Assembly (NCBI GenBank): GCA_965243135.1
Contig: OZ251539.1
Span: 1,344,001-1,408,000, forward strand
DNA: 64,000 nucleotides
Direction of reading: 5' to 3'
Source of the DNA: Alphaproteobacteria bacterium
GTDB lineage: Bacteria > Pseudomonadota > Alphaproteobacteria > MPNO01 > UBA830
Part shown: positions 9,725 to 18,919 of the stretch, in pieces
Layout of the letters: each line of letters begins with the position of its first letter
Numbering within the stretch: the stretch's first letter is position 1
Notes under the pieces: generated by a model
Told to the model about the DNA's origin: nothing
The model's input: only the letters and a program-made list of their open reading frames with translations
The model's database searches: none
Made by a program: the position numbers and the translations under genes

Positions 9725-10678
9725 TCACGTCCGGTCGAAGTCCGTGCCGTGCCGCCCGAGGCCGTTCAGCGCGTCCTCGACGAAGCGGCGCGCGAGAAAG
9801 CTGTCCACGGCATCCGTTTCGGGATAGAGTTCGCGGCAGAGCGCAAGCTGTTGCGACCAGTGTCCGTCGGACATCTCGCCGTTCACCGCGAACCCGCCGG
9901 ATTCGCGCTCCTGACGCCAGATCCGGCGAATGCGGTCCTCCGGCAAATCCACGGTCACATGGGCGCCGTAGACTTCCCGGAAAGCCTCATAGCTGTCGTG
10001 CAGCGCCCGCGAAGCGCGAATCATCCCGCGCGTCAGACGCGCCAGCGTCTCGGGGCGCTCTGCCTCGAAAGCCTCGGTCGTTCCCAGAACGCCGTGCGGC
10101 TGCATGGGCACGAGTTCCTTGAGCCGGGTAAAGCCCAGGATATTGCGGACGCGGTCGCCGTGGCCGATCTCGAGAGCGACGGCTTCCTCGACCCGTATCA
10201 GCGAAGCGTCGACGCTGCCGTCGAGCAGGCGCTCGATGCGCTGCGGCGGCGGGCCCGCGACCTGCCAGTCGATGTCGGCTTCGTCGATGCCGAGCGCGCG
10301 CACGACGAGACGCGCCATGTGATGGCTCAGCGCGTTCATGCCGTCGAGCGCCCACGACGCTCCACGAAGTTGGTCGGTAGTTTCGATGCGGTTTTGGACC
10401 ACCAGGTTCTGGGCCAGCCCGCGCGCCATCGATACGACCGCGCGCACCGGGTCGCCGTTCGCCCGCGCCCTGATCAGAGGCCCAAGCCCTCCGTAGGAGA
10501 CGTCGACCGTGCCGTCCAGAATGGCCTTGATAGCGGCGACGCCGCCGCGCACCGGCGTCCAGGTTACGTCAAGGCCTTCGTCCGCCCACAATCCGAGGGT
10601 CGTCGCGGCGGCGCAGGCGAGGTCGTCGACCCCGAAGGTTTCGCCGGATCCGGCGGCAAGGCGAAGCGATTCGGCCAT
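9725..10678 (-). CDS. ABC-type substrate-binding protein, NMT1/THI5/SsuA-like
   Basis: GLWADEGLDVTW..VRGG..AIKAILDGTVDV, RIERLLDGSVDA, PETLARLTRGMIRA. Confidence 0.75.
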   Translation of the reverse strand: MAESLRLAAGSGETFGVDDLACAAATTLGLWADEGLDVTWTPVRGGVAAIKAILDGTVDVSYGGLGPLIRARANGDPVRAVVSMARGLAQNLVVQNRIETTDQLRGASWALDGMNALSHHMARLVVRALGIDEADIDWQVAGPPPQRIERLLDGSVDASLIRVEEAVALEIGHGDRVRNILGFTRLKELVPMQPHGVLGTTEAFEAERPETLARLTRGMIRASRALHDSYEAFREVYGAHVTVDLPEDRIRRIWRQERESGGFAVNGEMSDGHWSQQLALCRELYPETDAVDSFLARRFVEDALNGLGRHGTDFDRT

Positions 10679-11155
10679 CGTGACCTCTCATGTTGCGGAA
10701 GGGCGCCGAGCGGACGAGCAAACCGTTTGCACGGCGGGGCGCACACCAAGGGACGATGCTGCTATTGCTGCCGGCCGTCAAGGCGGGGAATCGCCCGATT
10801 CGCGACCGAGACGCTTCGCAATGACGGGGTCCGGGCTGGGTTTTCGACCGATCGGCTGGTCAAAGGACGACGCTATTCTGGGGGTTGAGGCTCCGTTCCA
10901 GTTCGCTAGCCCCCTGTGCACGGATATGATAATCGTAAGCGTTCGGTCGTGGGGTGACGGTGTTGAGAGTCCGCCTCCAGGCAAGGGTTCAACCAGACAT
11001 CCTTGACCGGGAGAGCGCGTTCGTTCCGGGTGCCTGAGGCTGTCCACCCCTGGTTGGCGGCCCGGCGCTCCTCGCGGAGTAAACGTTCGGTTGAGCATGG
11101 CGAATGATTCGGGCGGGGGCTGGACACGCGTTTTTGGCTCCTGTATACGGTCGCC

Positions 11156-12987
11156 ATGTCGAGCGAACATTCACTTCCGGGGACCGAGTTGTCGGGCGGC
11201 GGCCAGGAGCTGGCTGCGTCGCGCCGGGAGAGCGCGGATCTCAGCCGGAAGCTGGCTGCGTCGCGCCGGGAGAGCGCGGATCTCAGCCGGAAGCTGGCCG
11301 CGTCGCGCCGGGAGAGCGCGGATCTCAGCCGGGAGCTGGCCGCGTCGCGCCGGGAGAGCGCGGATCTCAGCCGGGAGCTGGCCGCGTCGCGCCGGGAGAG
11401 CGCGGATCTCAGCCGGGAGCTGGCCGCGTCGCGCCGGGAGAGCGCGGATCTCAGCCGGAAGCTGGCCGCGTCGCGCCGGGAGAGCGCGGATCTCAGCCGG
11501 GAGCTGGCCGCGTCGCGCCGGGAGAATGCGGATCTTGGCCAAAAGCTGGAGACCGCGGTCCAGAAAGCGGAGAAGTGTTGCTGCGACGCCGAGATAAAGA
11601 GACATGAGGCACCGCCCCCGTGTCGAGCTGCGGAGACGCCGGAGAACGAGAGTCTGGAGTCCCGCAGCCGCAGATTTGCCCGGGAGCTGTTCGGGCGCCG
11701 CAGCGAGCGGCGGCCTGCGGCAACCGGTCGACGCCGGGGGCGCCGCCAGGGAACGTCGTCGCATGGCCGCACGCGGCGCCCTGAGCTGCCCGTTCGCGAG
11801 GAAGAGTCGCTTCCGGACGGGCGCACGTGCCCGGACTGCGGCAAGGTCTGGGTCTCGAACGGTTGGAAGGACACGGAGATCGTCGAGACCAGGACCGTCA
11901 CCTATGTCCGGAGGACGGAAGCGGCTGCGCCCGGCCTGCGCATGCCGGCCGGAAAAGGAGGTCGTCGGCCCGGCCCCGGCGCGGCTGTTTCCGAATACCC
12001 GGTATGGAGTCTCCGTCTGGGCGAACGTCCTGGCGGAGAGGTACGGCCTGCACCGTCCGCTGCGTTCGGTCTGCCGCGCGCTGGGCCAGCACGGACTCGC
12101 CCCCGGCACGTTGGCGGACGCCCAGCGACGGTTCCTGCGCCTGGCCGCTCGACGACGAGATCTCCCGGCGCCTGTCGGAGGCGCCGGTCGTTCACGGCGA
12201 CGAAACGGGGTGGACGGGAGTTGGGCGAGGAGGACGGAGGCAACGCCCGCGCCTGGGCTGCCCGGTCGGCGGACGCGGTTCGCATCCTCGCCATCGCGCA
12301 GCGCGGAAGCCGCCCTTGAGCTATTCAGGGGTCTCGGCTCGCCCGAGCAGGCGGCTCACCTGGTCTGCGACCGCCGCCTACCGGAAGCTGGCGCGCGTCA
12401 TGGAGGGGTGCGTCGTCCTTTCATATTGCTGGGTCCACGCCAGGCGCGACTTCGTCAACCTCGAGACCGGCTACCCGAACCTCGCGCAGTTCGCCCAAAA
12501 GTGGCTTCGTCACGCATTGTACCGTCTCAACGCTAGGCGTCTGGCGCGCCCGGGCAACGCCGCCGTCCAGCGGCGGCTCGCGAGGTTCGCCGAAGCGTTC
12601 TTCGCGGCGGCGAAAAAGGCGCGGGACGCGCTCCCGGAGAGCGCGGCGCAACGCGGCCCTCTGAACTCCCTGCTGCGCCACCGCGACGGTCTGACAACGT
12701 TCGTGGACAACGCGGCCGTTCCCATGGACAACAACGCCGCCGAACGCGGCTTGCGCGGAATCAGCCGGAAGCTCTCGTTCGGGTCGCAAAGCGTGGACGG
12801 AGCGCGGTTGGCGGGCATGTCCATCTTCGGTACGCTCGAGATGGCCGGCATCTCGCCGTACAGCTGGCTGCTCGATTATGCTTGCGCCCGTCGTCCACCG
12901 CCCGAAGGCCCTGCTGACTGGCTGCCGTGGGGCGTCGGCGAGGAACGTCTCCGCTCCTGGCATCCCTCTCTCCCCCAGGGACCATGA
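11156..12987 (+). pseudogene. tnpC: IS66 transposase TnpC, frameshifted
   Basis: ELFGRRSER, CPDCG zinc finger, VVHGDETGW, CWVHARRDF, VPMDNNAAERGLR, in different frames. Confidence 0.9.
11207..11542 (+). repeat. 42-bp in-frame tandem repeat x8 encoding (E/K)LAASRRESADLSR
   Basis: Eight near-identical contiguous units in the TnpC N-terminal coiled coil. Confidence 0.97.
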
Positions 12988-13775
12988 GCGGCAGCCCTTG
13001 CCGCTACTGCGGGCGCGACTTCTCCGAGGACGAGATCGACATGATCCGCTCCCTGATCGGAAGGAGCAGCCGCAGGGCGCTGTCGCGGGAGGTCTGCCGG
13101 CGCCTCGACTGGCGCAAGCCCGACGGCGGCCTAAAGGAGCGCGCGGGTGGCCATGTTGCGCATGCACGGCGTGATCGTCCTGCCGCCGCCGAGGCAAACG
13201 CCGACCGCACGCCCGTGCCCGGCCCCGCGACCGACCGGCCCCTGTTCCCGGTCCCCGAACGTCTCGCCGATGTCCAACCCGTCGCCGCGGAGCCTGTCCG
13301 GAACGCAGGCGAAGGCCGCCTCTGGAACGAGTTCGTCGCCCGCTATCATTGCCACTCGACGTTGCCCGGTGCGCAGCACTTCGTCCGGGCCGCTGGCGGC
13401 GAACCCCTCGCCGTCCTCGGCTTCGGTGCCGCGGCCTGGAAGATCGCGCCCAGGGACGAACTCGTGGAACCCCGAGACCCGCCGCCGCAACCTGCCGCTG
13501 GCGGTCAACAATGCCCGGGCCTTGCCCTGGGTCAAAAATCTCGCGTCCCCTCGCTCTGGTCGAACGACGGCTGCCGGACGACTGGGAGCGCCGCTACGCT
13601 CCGGTCCTGCTCGAGACCTTCTGCGAAACGCCGCGCTTCGAAGGAAGCTGCTACCGGGCCGCCAGCAAGGCCGGCAAAACACAGGGCCGCGGCAGCACCC
13701 GGAAAGAACGCGCTCTCCCGGTCAAGGACGCTGAAGCCCCTGCGGCGGGACTGGAGGAGGAGCCTCAACAAATAG
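12984..13775 (+). pseudogene. DUF4338 (DruA-like domain) protein, frameshifted
   Basis: RYCGRDFS, LSREVCRRLDWR, LWNEFVARYH, LGFGAAAWKIAPRD, PVLLETFCE.PRFEGSCYRAA, GKTQGRG. Confidence 0.82.
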
Positions 13776-13802
13776 ACCGTCACCCCACGACCGAACGCTT
13801 AC

Positions 13803-14010
13803 TGATAATCGATGAAAGCATTTGGAGAAGGCGATCAAAATACGATAGGATCCTGGCAGCAGCTATCCTACGAGTTCACTGGTTGCCTTCAGGGCCAAAT
13901 CATGGTGCTGCGGGGCTGTATTATGCTGAAAGAAAACAATCTCTTCTGGCCCGATCACTCTCAGGCGTGAGAGGAAACGAAAGCGCCTTCCTTCCAGGCC
14001 TGGATCAGGC
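13803..14010 (+). repeat. Dispersed repeat R3 (split by IS66 copy 1); paralogue at ~30160-30360
   Basis: Shared TGATAATCGATG.AA.CATTTG, TTCACTGGTTGCC and TCACTCTCAGGCGTGAGAGGAAACGAAA blocks. Confidence 0.8.
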
Positions 14011-14083
14011 GTCCTCATGGAAGCGTCGGCGACTTCTCCTCCGGTGCATCGGCGGTTTATCGGCGGTTTCCACCGACGCTTCA

Positions 14084-14243
14084 GCGTGACGCCGATGGCA
14101 GCTCCGTATCGCCCTGTCCTTGCGTCGCACCGCCCGAACGCGGAACGGTTATTTCGGCGTATGATAAGCGGGGCGAATCCGGGAAACCAGCCCCAAAAGT
14201 TGGATGCTACGGGGTGAGCATGTGCTGATCATGAGCGTTTGTT
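14084..14243 (+). repeat. Dispersed repeat R1, partial copy
   Basis: AGCGTGACGC...CGCCCGAAC.CGGAACGGTTAT.TCGGCG...ATGCTACGGGG...GATCATGAGCGTTTGT, shared with 32721-32966. Confidence 0.8.
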
Positions 14244-14260
14244 GTGATCTGAAAATAATC

Positions 14261-14305
14261 GGTGACAATTATCACCTTGACATCTTAAAGAAGAATTGTT
14301 ATTTT
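14261..14305 (+). promoter_or_regulatory. Sigma70-like promoter with an adjacent palindromic operator, upstream of SIR2-STAND
   Basis: TTGACA (14277-14282), 17 bp, TGnTATTTT (-10 at 14300-14305); palindrome GGTGACAATTATCACC at 14261-14276. Confidence 0.6.
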
Positions 14306-14333
14306 TGGTTCTCAAAATCCAAGGGGAAGCTTT

Positions 14334-16739
14334 ATGACGCTACAGGAAATCCAAGAAATTGATCCATCTGAATCGATCCTGTTTCTTGGGGCTGGATTTT
14401 CGAAAAGTGCGGAAAATATATGTGGAGATAATATCCCACTAAGCGACCAATTGCAACAAAAATTAGCGAACATGCTTAATGTTGACGGAGATAAATATGA
14501 TTTAAAGGTTCTCGCAGATGAGGTTCATTCTCGTCCAGATTTCGATTTATATCAAATTCTCTATGAAACCTTTACAGCTAACAAAATCAGCAAAGAGCAG
14601 GACAATATTCTGCGTCCAACTTGGAAACGAATATACACAACTAATTATGATGATATTGTAGAGTTTTTTCATCTTCAAAATAACAACCGAATTCAAAGCT
14701 ATAGTTTTACAGATGATATTCCTCAAAGGCTAAATAACGGTTCCATAATTCATTTGCATGGAGTAATTCGCAGTACAAATAGGGAAAATATGTTTGACCA
14801 GCTTGTGTTAAATGAATCCTCTTACGTTCGGCAACGCTTCGAAGATTCTCCTTGGTATAACCATTTTATTCGTGATTTAAAATTCTGTCAAAATTGTTTT
14901 TTTGTCGGCTACGGATTGAGAGACTATCACATTAGTTCTCTTCTGATGCAAAACGAGAATTGGCGTCAAAAAATCTTTTTCGTTGTGGAGCAAAATCCTG
15001 ATGAAATATTTAAGAATCGCGTGTCTCCTTATGGTAAAATTCTTCCTATTGGTTTAATGGGTTTCTCTCAACTATGCCAGACTCGTCCGCGTTCGCGTAT
15101 AGCTCAAAGCCTTAATACCTTAAATACGTTTCGATATCTAGATCCTATAAAGGACAAAAAAACTCTTTCAAAGCCTACCGTGTCGGAAATAATGAATCTT
15201 GTCGCATATGGCGGATTCAACGACCAGAGATGTTATTCCACCCTTCCTCTAGCGGATTATGTTATACCGAGAAAACAACTAGTTCAACAGGCAGTAAGAA
15301 AATTAAAAGAGAATAATTGTTTATTGGTCCACTCCAGATTAGGAAATGGTAAATCCATTTTTCTCCACATACTGGCCTACGAATTGAGTCAGGATGGATT
15401 TTATTGCTTTCTATGCAAGTCGGAACCGGAACTAGCAAAAATACAGCAGGATATTGAATTTTTGAATACGCTAGATAAAGCAGTTATCTTTTTCGATTCA
15501 TATGATTTAGCGGTTGATTTAATGGAAAATTTGAAAAACTCCCAGACGTTAATCAAATTGGTCGTGACTGTTAGAACTAATATTCAAGATGTTCGTATGT
15601 TTGAAATCATAAAGATGTTTCCCGAACCTAGATCACAATTAAGTCTTGATGGAATGAATAAGAGAGACAAGGAAGATTTTAAAAATCTTCTCGATAAATC
15701 TGGTATAAGGATCGAAAATTTTGAACGTACTATAGATCGATGCAGAGATTTTCGGGATGTAGTTTCATCGCTGTATAATAATTCGAAAATTGCTAAACAA
15801 GTTACAGATCAACTTGCGCCAGCTATCCAAGATAAAAAGTTCCGATCAGTCTTTGTTGTTAGCCATCTCTTTAAATCAATCGGACAGGATGTTGATGCAG
15901 TATTTCTTCGGAATGTGACCAATAGCGATCCATATATCGAGATAGCGAAAGATCCTTTTATTGCCTATGATATCTATAAATTAGACGAAGATAGAATCGA
16001 AGTCCGGTCGGCAGTATTTTCGGAATATTTAATCAAAACTCAATTTGAAGCGGCAGACATTATGGAGTTCGTTTATAGGATTATTACAGAAGCCATAAAG
16101 AGAAAGACAGAACACGGAATCAGCCGCACAAACAACGCAATTATTGGAGGGTTTATGCGATACTCTGCTCTTAACAGAGCGCTAGGAAATGAATCAAATA
16201 AGGTAGATATATTAAACACTCTTTTCGAGAGATTGCGTTTAAATGAGGCTGTGAACAGGGAGCCACTTTTCTGGCTACAATATGCAATTTTGAAAAATGC
16301 AAATGACGAATTGCCTATAGCGGAACATTTTATCGAGACCGCATATTCTAGAGCGGCTAATATTCGCAATTTTCACACTTTCCAAATTGATACGTTTGCC
16401 CTTGGATTACTGATGCGAATAGAAAGTCGGCAAAAATCCCATAGATCTGTGAAAAGATTTGACCAAATTATAGAAAAACTGGAGCGCGTTAGACAGATGA
16501 TTGGTGATGGAACTCGTCGGTATCACGCCATCAAGGTTCTTGAGGGTATAGACCCCTTTATCCAAGCATGTGTTCCTGCCTTATCGACAGGACAAAAAAA
16601 TATATTTATCTATCATTTTAATCTTTTGATTGACAGCCTGAATGAACTGACTGAAGAAGATCGGAAGCAAACTGGAGTGCCTAGGATAATAACAGGAATT
16701 AAACGCGCAAATCAGCGTATCCTAACATTTACTTCGTGA
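14334..16739 (+). CDS. SIR2-like NADase fused to a STAND-type NTPase and helical C-terminus (Avs5-like antiphage protein)
   Basis: LFLGAGFS, IYTTNYDD, IIHLHG, FFVGYGLRD (SIR2_2); HSRLGNGKS Walker A; VIFFDSY Walker B; TPR-like PLFWLQYA; AT-rich, intact 801 aa. Confidence 0.85.
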   Translation: MTLQEIQEIDPSESILFLGAGFSKSAENICGDNIPLSDQLQQKLANMLNVDGDKYDLKVLADEVHSRPDFDLYQILYETFTANKISKEQDNILRPTWKRIYTTNYDDIVEFFHLQNNNRIQSYSFTDDIPQRLNNGSIIHLHGVIRSTNRENMFDQLVLNESSYVRQRFEDSPWYNHFIRDLKFCQNCFFVGYGLRDYHISSLLMQNENWRQKIFFVVEQNPDEIFKNRVSPYGKILPIGLMGFSQLCQTRPRSRIAQSLNTLNTFRYLDPIKDKKTLSKPTVSEIMNLVAYGGFNDQRCYSTLPLADYVIPRKQLVQQAVRKLKENNCLLVHSRLGNGKSIFLHILAYELSQDGFYCFLCKSEPELAKIQQDIEFLNTLDKAVIFFDSYDLAVDLMENLKNSQTLIKLVVTVRTNIQDVRMFEIIKMFPEPRSQLSLDGMNKRDKEDFKNLLDKSGIRIENFERTIDRCRDFRDVVSSLYNNSKIAKQVTDQLAPAIQDKKFRSVFVVSHLFKSIGQDVDAVFLRNVTNSDPYIEIAKDPFIAYDIYKLDEDRIEVRSAVFSEYLIKTQFEAADIMEFVYRIITEAIKRKTEHGISRTNNAIIGGFMRYSALNRALGNESNKVDILNTLFERLRLNEAVNREPLFWLQYAILKNANDELPIAEHFIETAYSRAANIRNFHTFQIDTFALGLLMRIESRQKSHRSVKRFDQIIEKLERVRQMIGDGTRRYHAIKVLEGIDPFIQACVPALSTGQKNIFIYHFNLLIDSLNELTEEDRKQTGVPRIITGIKRANQRILTFTS

Positions 16740-16919
16740 GCATTTTTTGGATCACGAAAAAGCCTATTGGCATGGCTAGCTCATTTACAAATACTTCCGA
16801 ACCCTCGCGATGACACAGCAAGGACTGCAACGGCTTGCGCGGCAGCACGGTCGGCACAAACGGGGAAGCGTTCGGTCACGAGGTGACCTACTTATTTAGG
16901 AGTCGCCTCCAGTTCCGGC

Positions 16920-17060
16920 CTAGTGCTTCATCACAATACAATCATAGGATAAACCGACTTCAACTTGCAACGGGCATCGTCGACTTTCCCAGTTGACGCC
17001 GTGCTGCTGCTCGTTGACGTCAATAGCCCACGCCGTGATTTTGGTCTGGAGGGTCTCGGT
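16920..17060 (-). pseudogene. C-terminal fragment of an IS630 transposase
   Basis: LQTKITAW...GVNW then DDARCKLKSVYP after a frameshift; ends at CTAG. Confidence 0.6.
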
Positions 17061-17199
17061 CGAGCGGCACATGCGCGATTTGAAGCCGGGCGCGCAGGCC
17101 GGGCGACGCATGGTGCGGCAAGGACCGCTACCAGAAGGGAAAGCAGTCGGAGATCGACGCGGCGGCGTCATCCGGAGCGAGATCTCGACTCGGTTTCGT

Positions 17200-18831
17200 C
17201 AGCAATTCCCGCTAAGGCTCGAAACCCTTGCAAAATATGGAGTCTGAAAAAAATCTTTCGTGGACTTTTCGAGGCGATTCGGGGCTATTTGCCTTCAAGC
17301 GGAGCATTTTTCTCTGGAAAGTGGTCCAAAGGCGAGGCGGGGTTGTACCAAAATGGCCAGAATGCCAAGCATGCGCAAGACGCTCAGCGCTCCGGGATTG
17401 CTGAAGGAAGTGCGAGCTTGTTTCGACCGTATCGAAGATTGCAAGCCGGGGGCTGAATCAGACGGACTGCCTGATGTCGGGTTTAGCGGTGTTCGGTATG
17501 AAGTATGCATCGCTTCTGCAATTCGACGAAGCCGCGCATGCCGACGAAGCGGTTCGGCACAACCTCGCGACCCTGTACGGCATCAAACGCGTACCGTCGG
17601 ACAGGCGAGAACGTCTTGACGAAGTCTGTCCGCGGCAATTGCGGCGTTGTTTCACGAAGCTGTTCCAAGTTTTGCAACGAGGGAAGGGGTTGGAAGAATA
17701 CACTTGTCTGAACGGCTATTATGCTCTTTCGATTGACGGAACGGGATACTTCTCGTCGGACAAGGTGCACTGTAAAAACTGCTGCGAGAAACACCATCGC
17801 GACGCTACGATTACCTACTATCACCAGATGTTGGGAGCCGTACTGGTGCATCCGGAACAGAAGGAGGTTTTTCCGTTTGCGCCGGAACCGATCCTGAAGG
17901 AAGACGGCGCAAAAAAGAACGATTGCGAACGCAATGCGGCGAAACGGCTTCTGGAAGATGTGCGTCGCGAACACCCGCGCCTGAAGCTGGTCGTGCTGGA
18001 GGATGGGCTGGCCTCGAATGGACCACATGTCAATCTTCTCAAGGAGTTAGACATGCGTTTCATACTGGGGGCGAAGCCCGGCGACCACAAGTTCCTGTTC
18101 GAGTGGGTCAACAACGCGCTGTCCGTGGAGCGCCGGGAGTTCACGGACGAGGACAACATACGGCACGAATTCCGGTATCTCAACGGAGTGCCTCTGAACG
18201 ATACGCACTTCGACCTCAAAGTGAACTTTCTCGAATACTGGGAGAAGCTTCCAAACGGCAAGAAACAACGTTTCTCCTGGGTCACGGATCTGCCAATCGA
18301 CGAAGGGAACCTGATGGAGTTGATGCGCACCGGTCGAGCGCGCTGGAAGATCGAGAACGAAACTTTCAACACCCTGAAGAACCAAGGCTACTGCTTTGAG
18401 CACAACTTCGGTCACGGTAACAAGAATCTGTCGACGGTCTTTGCGTTCCTGATGATGCTGGCGTTCCTGATTGACCAGATTCAACAGCGATGTTGCAAAC
18501 TGTTCCAACAGGCGCAAAAGAAGGCCAAGCGGTCCATTTACTTCTGGGAAAAGGTGCGGGGATTGTTTCTCGAATACTTCCTGAAGGACTGGGAAACGCT
18601 CTACGATCGCGTTTGGATACCGGAAAGCAGAGGGAATTCCCTACGACACCTCCTGACCTGGCACCGTGACCGAATGTGCCAAAGCAAGTTTTTCAGGGGA
18701 AACAGGATGGTCAAGGCTAAGTCGGCGCCAAGCCGAAGCGGGGAAGGTGCGTCGCGGCGGCTGGTCCCTCGGTAACGACACTATCTCGACGCGCCTTTCG
18801 CAAAGGGCGGCCACCTTAGCGGGAATTTCTG
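17200..18831 (+). mobile_element. ISNCY-like (ISDol1-like) DDE insertion sequence, copy 1
   Basis: TIRs CAGCAATTCCCGCTAAGG / CCTTAGCGGGAATTTCTG; 9-bp target duplication CGGTTTCGT at 17191-17199 and 18832-18840; family name less certain than the boundaries. Confidence 0.92.
17353..18657 (+). pseudogene. DDE transposase, frameshifted near both ends
   Basis: SIDGTGYFSS, VLEDGLASNGPH, RARWKIENETFNTLKNQGY; N-terminus MARMPSMRKTLSAPGLL is in another frame. Confidence 0.85.
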
Positions 18832-18919
18832 CGGTTTCGTTGCTGGGGCGCGGTCAACAACCGGCCGGGATGGCTCTCGGCCCCGACGATCGTTTACCGG
18901 AAAGCGCCGCACGGAGGGA

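Larger units (their letters stand above)
10935..13802 (+). mobile_element. IS66-family element (TnpC only) carrying a DUF4338 passenger, copy 1
   Basis: Perfect 26+ bp TIR GTAAGCGTTCGGTCGTGGGGTGACGG; 8-bp target duplication TGATAATC at 10927-10934 and 13803-13810. Confidence 0.95.

Noticed and set aside
11207-11542. Possible CRISPR array
   Set aside because: Units are contiguous with no unique spacers, lie in frame within tnpC, and no cas genes are present.
12984-13775. Druantia defence system
   Set aside because: Only a DUF4338 gene inside an IS; no DruE helicase or other dru genes.
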